Positions 50,908-59,224 of a stretch of 61,486 nucleotides of DNA are shown one piece after another. The number at the start of each line of letters is the position of its first letter. Within the stretch, counting starts at the first letter, position 1. The notes under the pieces are model-generated. The model was not told the origin of the DNA. It saw only the letters and a program-made list of their open reading frames with translations, and searched no databases. The DNA is from a virus (lineage: Duplodnaviria > Caudoviricetes): positions 1-61,486 of the IMG/VR virus record IMGVR_UViG_3300032215_000085; one strand, 5' to 3'. Both the position numbers and the translations under genes were made by a program.

Positions 50908-51710
50908 GTAAGGGTGCATTACTATTTGCCTTTAATACTGACTCAGTAGATTATTTCAGTATGGCTGCTTACACGGCAAAACGAATTAATCATTTTTTGG
51001 ATTTGCCTGTAACAGTAGTAACTGATAATATTGAAAACAGCCTCAATACCAATTATCAATTTGATAATATCATATACACCTCTAGCGACCATACAAATTT
51101 TAAAGATAATAAAGTTTGGTTGAACAAAGGTAGATATCAAGCGTTTGATGATAGTCCATATGATGAAACATTGTTATTAGATACAGACTATGTGGTAAAT
51201 TCAAATAGATTGTTATCTTTGTTTTCTTACTATGATGATTTTTGTTGTCATAACTCAACTAGCTATATTTTAAATTCAAATGAACCACAAGAGACTATTG
51301 GTAAATATGGTTTCAATTCGTTATGGGCAACAGTCATGTTATTTAAAAAGACTGAAAGGGTAAAGCAGATATTTGGATGTATGAAAATGGTTCAAGAAAA
51401 TTATGACCATTACATAAAACTATATGGTATGTATAAACCTATATATCGTAATGATTATTCATTAGGGATAGCACAACATATAGTTAATGGGCATCTTGAT
51501 GTTGTATCTGATTATATACCATGGGACCTGCAACATGTGGGCAAGAATGTAACGGTTAAGAAAAATACTGATGATTTGTTTAACACTGCATACACAATGT
51601 CATATAAATTAGATGAACCTGATAATCAAAAGAATGAATATATAATTGTAAAAGACTTTGATTTTCATATGCTTGACAAAGACAATTTCAGTGAGGTAAT
51701 CAATGAATAA
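50904..51710 (+). CDS. GT-A-fold glycosyltransferase-like protein
   Basis: SPYDETLLLDTDY (DxD), RND, HMLDK. Confidence 0.6.
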   Translation: MSKGALLFAFNTDSVDYFSMAAYTAKRINHFLDLPVTVVTDNIENSLNTNYQFDNIIYTSSDHTNFKDNKVWLNKGRYQAFDDSPYDETLLLDTDYVVNSNRLLSLFSYYDDFCCHNSTSYILNSNEPQETIGKYGFNSLWATVMLFKKTERVKQIFGCMKMVQENYDHYIKLYGMYKPIYRNDYSLGIAQHIVNGHLDVVSDYIPWDLQHVGKNVTVKKNTDDLFNTAYTMSYKLDEPDNQKNEYIIVKDFDFHMLDKDNFSEVINE

Positions 51711-52467
51711 AGGCTTTGTGATAATGGCACAAAATACAAAGTCAGTGAATTATGTAAAATGTGCAAACGTATTATCTGATAGCATATTAAGAGTTATGCC
51801 AGACGCCAATGTAACAATTATAACTGCTAAGATGTTACCCTACGGAGACTTAGCACCCAAAAGTACTTGGAAGTTAATCAATGATTGGCAAGTTTATGAA
51901 GCTAGCCCATATGAACACACTATTAAATTAGAAGCAGATATGATTATACCGACAAATATTGATTATTGGTGGGATATACTATCACTGAAAGATGTTGTAG
52001 TATGTAATACTATTCGCAATTTTAAAGGGAACATATCAGATACTAAGTTCTATCGTAAATTTATATATGACAATGAACTACCTGATGTTTATAATGCTAT
52101 TACTTATTTCAAAAAATCTGAGTTTGCAGAGACTTTTTACAAAACTGTAAGAACAATATTTGAAAACTGGGAAGAAGTTAAGCAAACACTTAAATGTAAC
52201 ATAAACGAACCTGCCACAACAGATTGGGTATATGCATTAGCTTGTCATATACACGGAGTAGAGAATACAACTATCCCTGTATTTACTGACATGAGTATGG
52301 TACATATGAAACAACATATCAATGGCTTGTCAACTGAAGATTGGACAAACGAATTAGTATATGAGATACTACCTGATTGTGTACGTATCAACACATTTGT
52401 TCAAAGTTATCCATTTCACTATCACGTCAAGAAATTTTCAAGTATAATAGAGAAGTCTTATGGTTGA
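51703..52467 (+). CDS. GT-A-fold glycosyltransferase-like protein, paralogue of previous gene
   Basis: SPYEHTIKLEADM, TTDW, MVHMK. Confidence 0.55.
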   Translation: MNKGFVIMAQNTKSVNYVKCANVLSDSILRVMPDANVTIITAKMLPYGDLAPKSTWKLINDWQVYEASPYEHTIKLEADMIIPTNIDYWWDILSLKDVVVCNTIRNFKGNISDTKFYRKFIYDNELPDVYNAITYFKKSEFAETFYKTVRTIFENWEEVKQTLKCNINEPATTDWVYALACHIHGVENTTIPVFTDMSMVHMKQHINGLSTEDWTNELVYEILPDCVRINTFVQSYPFHYHVKKFSSIIEKSYG

Positions 52468-52747
52468 GTTTAGATTATACCACAACAATGGAAAGTTTCT
52501 ACGCTATTCTTGTGAAGAATTAGAAGGTGAGTATATTGTCATAGATGCAGAAACGTATGCATTGGGTGATCCGCATGTTGAAGTAATAAATGGTAAGATT
52601 GAACCGTTATCTTTTGGTATAGAGTTGTATAAATTATCTAAAAGCAAAAAAGGTACTATTTGCCCAATAGAAGATATAGCAATTGTAGTAGATAAATCCT
52701 ACAAAGGCAAGACAAACAAGTATTCATATGAGCAAATTAAAAATTGA
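52460..52747 (+). CDS. Hypothetical protein
   Basis: Overlaps both neighbours in a packed operon. Confidence 0.6.
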   Translation: MVEFRLYHNNGKFLRYSCEELEGEYIVIDAETYALGDPHVEVINGKIEPLSFGIELYKLSKSKKGTICPIEDIAIVVDKSYKGKTNKYSYEQIKN

Positions 52748-53675
52748 TATAGCAGATTTAGATTGTATCTATCTAAGTTATGATGAACCACAGAAAGAAG
52801 AATTCTGGGTCAAGATTAAAAACATGGTACCCTGGGCACGTAGAGTAGATGGAGTCAAGGGTAGTGATGCCGCACATAAAGCTGCCGCACAAGCAAGTGA
52901 TACAGAACGTTTCATATTAATTGATGGTGACAATATGCCTAATATGGAGTTCTTTAATCTTACATTAGACTTTACTGATAAAGAAGAAGATTTCCAACAT
53001 GCACAGTATCGTTGGAGAGCAGTCAATGCTATCAATGGGTTGCGTTATGGCAATGGCGGCATGAGTAGTTGGACTAAGGAGTATGTAATGAACATGCGTA
53101 CACATGAAGCCAGTGACGGCAATGATACACATACGATTGACTTTTGTTTAGACTACAGTAACAGTTTGTACTGGAGTATGTATGACTGCTATTCAACTAC
53201 ATATCCTAACTATACTCCCTTTCAAGCATGGCGTGCTGGATTCCGTGAAGGTGTGAAAATGTGTCTAATCAATGGTAAGAAACCAGACATAGAAGATTTC
53301 AAACAAAGTGTACCAGGACGTAACTTCAACAATTTAACTATATGGCACAACGTTGGTCTAGATGTAGACAACGGTGATTGGGCAATATATGGGGCAAGAT
53401 ATGGTACTTATATGACAATGCTAGAACATTGGAATGCAAAAGATGTTCAATGGTTCGATAATCTTACTAAACTATGGGAAAATATAAAAGATGTAAACCC
53501 TAGACAAAATGCAGAAAGCATTGGTGGACAATTAAGAGATAAATTAGGACTACCAATTTGTACAATGAGTGCTGAACAAAGTAAGTTCTTTAAGCGTCAT
53601 TATAACAGTGACAAACACAATCTAGGTCCTCTAGTACGTGAGATAGATGTAATACGAAAAATAGAAGGCTGGTAA
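52728..53675 (+). CDS. Glycosyltransferase-like (GT-A) protein
   Basis: IYLSYDEP, RVDGVKGSDAAH, FILIDGDN, AWRAGFREGVKM. Confidence 0.55.
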   Translation: MSKLKIDIADLDCIYLSYDEPQKEEFWVKIKNMVPWARRVDGVKGSDAAHKAAAQASDTERFILIDGDNMPNMEFFNLTLDFTDKEEDFQHAQYRWRAVNAINGLRYGNGGMSSWTKEYVMNMRTHEASDGNDTHTIDFCLDYSNSLYWSMYDCYSTTYPNYTPFQAWRAGFREGVKMCLINGKKPDIEDFKQSVPGRNFNNLTIWHNVGLDVDNGDWAIYGARYGTYMTMLEHWNAKDVQWFDNLTKLWENIKDVNPRQNAESIGGQLRDKLGLPICTMSAEQSKFFKRHYNSDKHNLGPLVREIDVIRKIEGW

Positions 53676-53676
53676 T

Positions 53677-55092
53677 ATGACAGAAGAAGAAAAATATGCA
53701 CAGCATATTAAAAATACACGTGATGAATTAAATGAAGTTAGTCCTAGTTACTGTGTAGCTAAATGGAAACAAGTAACCATGCACTTACAAAATGGACATA
53801 CACATAGTTGTCACCACCCACGCACACATTTAGTTCCTATTGAAGAATTAAAGAGTAATTACAAAGCACTTCACAATACTTCATATAAGAAACAACAACG
53901 TAAGTTGATGTTAGAAGGTGTCCGTCCGAGTGAATGTGACTATTGCTGGCGTGCAGAAGACGCCGGTAACATAAGTGACAGAACATACAAAAGTGCTGAC
54001 CATTCATGGGCATATGGTCACTTAAAAGAATTACCTAAACAAGAATGGGATGTTGATATTGATCCTAGTTATGTTGAGATTAGTTTTAGTAGCGTGTGTA
54101 ACTTTAAATGTAGTTATTGCAGTCCAAACATTAGTAGTCAATGGATGGAAGAAATTGAACGATATGGCGCTTATCCAACAAGTAACAAATTCAATAATCT
54201 ACAGTGGTTTCAACAGAATGACCAAATACCTATACCTAATAATCAAGACAATCCATATGTAGATGCGTTCTGGAAATGGTGGCCTACTATGTATACAGAA
54301 CTAAAGCAGTTTAGAATTACCGGTGGCGAACCTTTGTTGAGCAAAAATACATTCAAAGTACTTGACTATATTATTGATAATCCTGCAAACATACATTTGA
54401 CATTCAGCGTAAACACAAACATGAATGTACCTGATGAATTATATAGCAAATTCATTGAAAAGCTAAAGATTATTCAAGACCAAGGTAAGATTGGTCATTT
54501 GCAAATTTTTACAAGTGCAGAAGCACATGGAACACAAGCAGAATATATACGTAACGGTATGAATTATGAACAGTGGCTAAAGAATCTGCATCGCATGATT
54601 AATGAAGTACCTAGAGTAGCAATTACTATTATGAGTACTTATAATATCTTAAGTATCCCAAGTTATCAACAATTCTTGCAGGACATGCTTGACATTAGAT
54701 TACAGTATAGAGACATTGCATACAAAAACAACAGAAATCCCGTGACAATAGATATGCCATATTTGCGACATCCACCGCATCAAGCAAGTTTTATTATACC
54801 TGAATACTTGTTGCATTTTGTAGAAGAACAAATTAAATTTATGGAGGCAAATACTGAGCCAAGTACACCTGGGCAAGAATATACAGGCTTCTATGAAAAT
54901 GAAATATACAAGCTACGTAGAATTTATAATATCATTAAAGCAGAAATTGATTCCGGTAATGATAACACAACTAATCGTAAAGATTTTGTATTGTTTGTAG
55001 ATGAACATGACCGTAGACGCGGTACTAATTTTTTAGAAACATATCCTCAACTAACACAGATGTATAACGAATGGAAAAATTTATTGACATAA
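53677..55092 (+). CDS. Radical SAM enzyme with N-terminal auxiliary Cys cluster
   Basis: CNFKCSYC, ITGGEP, VNTN; N-terminal CVAKW..SCHH..ECDYCW. Confidence 0.9.
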   Translation: MTEEEKYAQHIKNTRDELNEVSPSYCVAKWKQVTMHLQNGHTHSCHHPRTHLVPIEELKSNYKALHNTSYKKQQRKLMLEGVRPSECDYCWRAEDAGNISDRTYKSADHSWAYGHLKELPKQEWDVDIDPSYVEISFSSVCNFKCSYCSPNISSQWMEEIERYGAYPTSNKFNNLQWFQQNDQIPIPNNQDNPYVDAFWKWWPTMYTELKQFRITGGEPLLSKNTFKVLDYIIDNPANIHLTFSVNTNMNVPDELYSKFIEKLKIIQDQGKIGHLQIFTSAEAHGTQAEYIRNGMNYEQWLKNLHRMINEVPRVAITIMSTYNILSIPSYQQFLQDMLDIRLQYRDIAYKNNRNPVTIDMPYLRHPPHQASFIIPEYLLHFVEEQIKFMEANTEPSTPGQEYTGFYENEIYKLRRIYNIIKAEIDSGNDNTTNRKDFVLFVDEHDRRRGTNFLETYPQLTQMYNEWKNLLT

Positions 55093-57410
55093 AACGCCGT
55101 AAAGAATTGTTTGACCAAGGGTACTGGGAAGTACCTGATGGATTGAACACTGTTAACTTTGATTTTAGTTGGCGTCCCGACCCTATGGATAGACCTTATA
55201 TCCATCAGTTTGGCACACAATGGCAAAAGACCGGAGGTCCGCGATTTGTTATACCGGAGAATGAAGGTGTAAAATATCAAGACCATCAGATAGCAATACA
55301 TCTTTCTAATCATAACAATCGTTGCTGGAGACAAATCTTAGCAAACTGTACGATTGATTTTAGCTGGCACCCAGATGACACAGAGCCACCATTCATATAT
55401 GTGTTCTATAATCAATGGCATGACTCTCCTACATATCAATATCGTGTGCCCGGTGCCACTGATAAAAAATATATTACTAATCTTAAAGCATATCTACTAC
55501 CAGAGAAAGAATATTGGGGAATACCTGACGATATTGATGAAAGTAAGTTTGACTTTAGCTGGAGACCAAACCCTGATGAACCACCTTTTATACATCAATT
55601 TGGTACGCAATGGCAAAAGACAGGCGGACCTAGATATATTGTTGAAGGTGCAACAGAAGTAAAATATGTTGACACATTGAAAGCAATCAAATTACCTGAT
55701 ATGCGTAAGTGGCGCATACTAGAAGAAATTGATACAGATAAGTTTGACTTTAGTTGGCATCCAGACGATACTGAACCACCCATGATGTATGAGTTTGGAA
55801 CACAATGGCAACCAGCAGGTGGTCCGATATACGTTACAAACGGCAGCACACAGAAGAAATACTGTAGTGACCAAGTTGCTATACGAATAGCAAAAGAAGA
55901 TAGATGCTATAGACCATTAGTATCAAATCTACAGTTTGATTATAGCTGGCATCCCGATCCTAATGAACCACCATACATATATGTGTTTGGTAATCAATGG
56001 TATGATGCAGAAGTAATGCCCACACTATTATATCGGGTGAAAGATGCAACTGAAAAGAAATACGTAACAGATGTAAAAGCCAGACTAACTGAAAAGATGG
56101 ATAACTGGGTTACTCCCGACGATGTAGATTATACTGTATTTGATTATAGCTGGTGCCCTCATCCCGGCGAGCCTCCATTAATACATCAGTTTGGCACTCA
56201 GTGGCAACGCAGTGGAGGACCTTCATATGTTGCAAAAGACGCAACTGCTATAAAATACGAAGATGTTATTAAATCAGTTAAGAAACCTAATATACGCAAC
56301 TGGCGCATTATAGAACCTATTGACAAAAATACATTTGACCTTAGCTGGCATCCTGATATTACTGAAGAAAATTATAATCATGTGTTTGGTACTAAGTTTC
56401 ATAAGCCTGAAGTATTACCTGCGTTGATGTATCGAGGGCATGATGATGCTAGAAACAACAAATACTGTAATGATTTGCAAGCAGATTTGCAGATTGAAAA
56501 GGTTATCTATGAGGACAGTATCTTTGACGCATGTAAAAATCATAAGTTCTCTACTGCATATGTACATTTTATTAAGAATACAAATAGTAACTACTTACAT
56601 GAATTGATTAAGGCTGATAATGTAAGTGTGCATTTGTTCCCTAGTGAAGCCATTGTTCCAAGAGATGCAGTTCAATATATGTATGACAAACTATTGGATT
56701 ATGATTATGTGGTCAATCATAAATTTGATGAGACAGTTGAACCATTAGATGTTATATTTGTTAGTAACGGTGAAGTATGCGCCGAAGAAAACTATGAACA
56801 TCTATTATCGCTTGGTATTTTAAATAGAATCATACGTATTGATGGCGTAAAGGGTCGTGTGGCAAGTCAACATGCGGCTGCTAATGCTAGTAACACACCG
56901 TGGTATTTCTTAGTCAATGCTAAACTAAAAGTCAGAGAAAATTTCAATTTTAATTGGCAACCCAACATACATAAGTCACGCAGACATTATATTTTTACTG
57001 CCACCAATCCTGTAAATAAATTAGAATATGGACATCAAGCAATAGTAGCAAACAATAAAAAGTTAACATTGAATACCGTTGTTCGTGGATTAGACTACAC
57101 AATGGATAGTAAGACAGAAGTGTTGTCAGTTAATTCTGGCATCAGCACATTTAACACAAGCCCCTGGGATACATGGCGCACTGCATTCAGAGAAGTTATT
57201 AAATTGAAACACTATACTGATGTTGATTCTAAGCGTAGATTAGATGTTTGGTTAACTATTAGAAATGAGTTGTTTGGTGATTATAGTATCAAAGGTGCAA
57301 ATGATGCTGTTAAATACTATGATGAAGTTGATGGTGATATGGATAAACTTATGTTATCCTATGATTGGGAATGGTTGGAGCAAAGATATTACAAATGTTT
57401 AAAAAATTAG
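55071..57410 (+). CDS. Seven ~65-aa tandem repeats plus a C-terminal degenerate GT-like domain
   Basis: Repeat FD(F/Y)SW(H/R)P...PP.I..FG.QW; C-terminus similar to 52728..53675. Confidence 0.8.
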   Translation: MEKFIDIKRRKELFDQGYWEVPDGLNTVNFDFSWRPDPMDRPYIHQFGTQWQKTGGPRFVIPENEGVKYQDHQIAIHLSNHNNRCWRQILANCTIDFSWHPDDTEPPFIYVFYNQWHDSPTYQYRVPGATDKKYITNLKAYLLPEKEYWGIPDDIDESKFDFSWRPNPDEPPFIHQFGTQWQKTGGPRYIVEGATEVKYVDTLKAIKLPDMRKWRILEEIDTDKFDFSWHPDDTEPPMMYEFGTQWQPAGGPIYVTNGSTQKKYCSDQVAIRIAKEDRCYRPLVSNLQFDYSWHPDPNEPPYIYVFGNQWYDAEVMPTLLYRVKDATEKKYVTDVKARLTEKMDNWVTPDDVDYTVFDYSWCPHPGEPPLIHQFGTQWQRSGGPSYVAKDATAIKYEDVIKSVKKPNIRNWRIIEPIDKNTFDLSWHPDITEENYNHVFGTKFHKPEVLPALMYRGHDDARNNKYCNDLQADLQIEKVIYEDSIFDACKNHKFSTAYVHFIKNTNSNYLHELIKADNVSVHLFPSEAIVPRDAVQYMYDKLLDYDYVVNHKFDETVEPLDVIFVSNGEVCAEENYEHLLSLGILNRIIRIDGVKGRVASQHAAANASNTPWYFLVNAKLKVRENFNFNWQPNIHKSRRHYIFTATNPVNKLEYGHQAIVANNKKLTLNTVVRGLDYTMDSKTEVLSVNSGISTFNTSPWDTWRTAFREVIKLKHYTDVDSKRRLDVWLTIRNELFGDYSIKGANDAVKYYDEVDGDMDKLMLSYDWEWLEQRYYKCLKN

Positions 57411-57949
57411 ACTTCACATTAGATATAGATTTTGAAAAAATAAAAAATGACCAAATGATGGAATCATATGGTGGGACTTTCTTTAGCTATGCAATAAAAG
57501 ACATGGAATATTTTAATAGTATTTTAAAAAAGAATGTTAAATTTAATATCACTCCTTTCTCAATAAACTATACTGAAATTTCAAAAGAGGGAGCACAGCC
57601 TCATACTGATGGACCTTTAGTTGCATTAAACTACTATTTGCAAACCAACGGTGATGCCACGTTATTTTGGGAATCAACTACCCCTGATATAAAAATCTTA
57701 CCACCTAATCAAGGATTTGACGGTGGACCTGTTAATGAAAATTCAACAGTATTAGGTTATGATGCAACTAAATTAAAATTAGTTAATTATTTTATAGCTA
57801 AAGACAATGATGCCTATTTGTTTGATGTGTCAAAAATACACTCAATTTCTGGCAAGGATTATAATTTTGTGAGAAGATTTATTAGAATCTTTTGGGAAAA
57901 TGTAACATTTGACGAAGTATTAAACAGCATTGAAATACTCCCAAAATAG
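57395..57949 (+). CDS. Putative 2OG-Fe(II) oxygenase/cupin-fold protein
   Basis: PHTD...ALNYY...KIHSI...R pattern (HxD...H...R). Confidence 0.5.
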   Translation: MFKKLDFTLDIDFEKIKNDQMMESYGGTFFSYAIKDMEYFNSILKKNVKFNITPFSINYTEISKEGAQPHTDGPLVALNYYLQTNGDATLFWESTTPDIKILPPNQGFDGGPVNENSTVLGYDATKLKLVNYFIAKDNDAYLFDVSKIHSISGKDYNFVRRFIRIFWENVTFDEVLNSIEILPK

Positions 57950-57978
57950 TTGACCATAACTAAATACTATGATACAAT
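57950..57978 (+). promoter_or_regulatory. Nested promoter: sigma70 TTGACC-17-(TG)TACAAT with late motif CTAAATA in the spacer
   Basis: -35 at 57950-55, late motif at 57960-66, -10 at 57973-78. Confidence 0.6.
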
Positions 57979-57988
57979 AGGAACTGTT

Positions 57989-58144
57989 ATGGAACTAGTA
58001 CGATACAGAGATGCGGGTATGAATACATATACTTGGTTTTATGTAAATGACAAAAAACATTGTATTAGCCCATTTTTTGACACAGAGGAAGAAGCCAAAG
58101 ATTGGTTTCAAAAAGTGTTTGACGGTGATAAGGAATTAAAATGA
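57989..58144 (+). CDS. Small hypothetical protein
   Basis: ATG 57989 with AGGA RBS after the promoter; SPFFDTEEEAKDW. Confidence 0.6.
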   Translation: MELVRYRDAGMNTYTWFYVNDKKHCISPFFDTEEEAKDWFQKVFDGDKELK

Positions 58145-58443
58145 AAAAAGTATTATTCGCATTGTTGTTAGTATCTGGTTCGGCATTTGCCCAACATAAT
58201 GATTACTATAGACATGAACATCATGGTTATTGGCAACGTGACGTTGATCTCGGATGGATGTGGGTAGCACCCACAATCATCGGCGGTGTTATTGGATATG
58301 AGATTGCAAGAAATCAACCACCGGTTATAGTTCAACAACCACCAGTGATAGTTCAAAATCCTCCACCTAAAGTATGCAGTCCTTGGACTGAGGTACAAAA
58401 TTCGGATGGAACGATTACACGTACACGTACTTGTAATCAGTAA
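58141..58443 (+). CDS. Secreted/membrane protein with signal peptide and Pro-rich repeat
   Basis: MKKVLFALLLVSGSAFA signal; IIGGVIGYEIA; QPPVIVQ x2. Confidence 0.75.
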   Translation: MKKVLFALLLVSGSAFAQHNDYYRHEHHGYWQRDVDLGWMWVAPTIIGGVIGYEIARNQPPVIVQQPPVIVQNPPPKVCSPWTEVQNSDGTITRTRTCNQ

Positions 58444-58449
58444 GTTTTT

Positions 58450-58551
58450 ATGTTTGAAAATTGGCATTGGGTTTATATGTGGGGCATATTAGTTGTAGTT
58501 AACTATATGTTCTGGATAGTAAAAAGTCTTTTTGACAACGTGAAAGAGTAA
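58450..58551 (+). CDS. 33-aa single-TM small protein (not in track)
   Basis: MFENWHWVYMWGILVVVNYMFWIVKSLFDNVKE; fills the gap up to the tmRNA. Confidence 0.45.
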   Translation: MFENWHWVYMWGILVVVNYMFWIVKSLFDNVKE

Positions 58552-58618
58552 GTTATTGCTGTATGAAGCAAAGAGAAATGTGTTCTGGACGGGGGTGCGA
58601 ATCCCCCCAGGTCCACCA
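58552..58618 (+). ncRNA. ssrA: Permuted tmRNA, acceptor piece (3' part; 5' boundary approximate)
   Basis: TGTTCTGGAC, T-arm GGGGG-TGCGAAT-CCCCC, acceptor strand CAGGTCC-A-CCA ending at 58618. Confidence 0.9.
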
Positions 58619-58629
58619 TAAGGAAGTTT

Positions 58630-58818
58630 GTGAAAAGTAAAAGTAAGTTCAGTCGTTATAATCTTAAAGGCAACATTATGTGGTGCCTAAATTTGCGTAA
58701 CGGATGGATAAGAATATACAATCATCATATTCGTTGGAATACAGATTGGACGCCAAATTATACATACTTTTTAGTAGAACAGATAAAAGTTTCTTTAATA
58801 AGGAAGTTTTATGAGTAA
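58630..58818 (+). CDS. Small ORF 1 inside the tmRNA intervening segment
   Basis: GTG start after AAGGAAG; 62 aa. Confidence 0.45.
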   Translation: MKSKSKFSRYNLKGNIMWCLNLRNGWIRIYNHHIRWNTDWTPNYTYFLVEQIKVSLIRKFYE

Positions 58819-58993
58819 AGTTTTAAAAGATATTGACCAGCTAATCCTAGATTATGCAGGTCTTCCCGAATATGTATATTCCACTCGTATTTTGGAGGCT
58901 GCTAAATCGGAAATAATTCGGTTGAAAAATTCTGAATCCGAAGCTGAATATTTTAGAACTTTATGCGAAGGGTACGAAAAAACTTCTTTATGA
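58811..58993 (+). CDS. Small ORF 2 inside the tmRNA intervening segment
   Basis: ATG after AAGGAAG; 60 aa, helical-looking; stop lies 1 nt before tmRNA G1. Confidence 0.6.
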   Translation: MSKVLKDIDQLILDYAGLPEYVYSTRILEAAKSEIIRLKNSESEAEYFRTLCEGYEKTSL

Positions 58994-58994
58994 T

Positions 58995-59153
58995 GGGCCT
59001 GCATAGTTTCGACAGGGCAACTAGTAACAGAGTGGACAGCACGGTAGGCGATGACCGTTAATCAAGCAAAAAAAGTAACCGCAAACGACTCACAGTTCGC
59101 ATTAGCAGCCTAAACACTGCTTAGGGTAAGACATACCTCGTAACAGAAAATCA
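58995..59153 (+). ncRNA. ssrA: Permuted tmRNA, coding piece (5' part) with tag ANDSQFALAA* at 59081-59113 (3' boundary approximate)
   Basis: GGGCCTG pairs with CAGGTCC including G3-U; D-loop-like CATAGTTTCGAC; CAGGGCA pairs with TGTTCTG; pk1-like ACGGT/ACCGT stem; resume codon GCA. Confidence 0.92.
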
Positions 59154-59221
59154 GAAAAGGCTCTTTGGAGCCTTTTTCTTTGGCATAATTTTTCTAATAA
59201 ATACTATATTAAATAGGATAA
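59139..59221 (+). repeat. 83-bp direct repeat, copy 1 (tmRNA tail + terminator + late promoter + RBS)
   Basis: Identical to 61404-61486. Confidence 0.95.
59155..59177 (+). terminator. Intrinsic terminator after the tmRNA
   Basis: AAAAGGCTC-TTTG-GAGCCTTTTT. Confidence 0.85.
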
Positions 59222-59224
59222 ATT

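Noticed and set aside
57950-57988. TTG start at 57950 given by the ORF track
   Set aside because: This stretch is the promoter; ATG 57989 with an RBS is the more plausible start
58532-58560. TTGACA upstream of the tmRNA acceptor piece as a dedicated promoter
   Set aside because: No credible -10 hexamer at 16-18 nt spacing
58585-58618. Apparent tRNA fragment or attachment-site remnant
   Set aside because: It pairs with the downstream GGGCCTG module and is better explained as the acceptor piece of a permuted tmRNA
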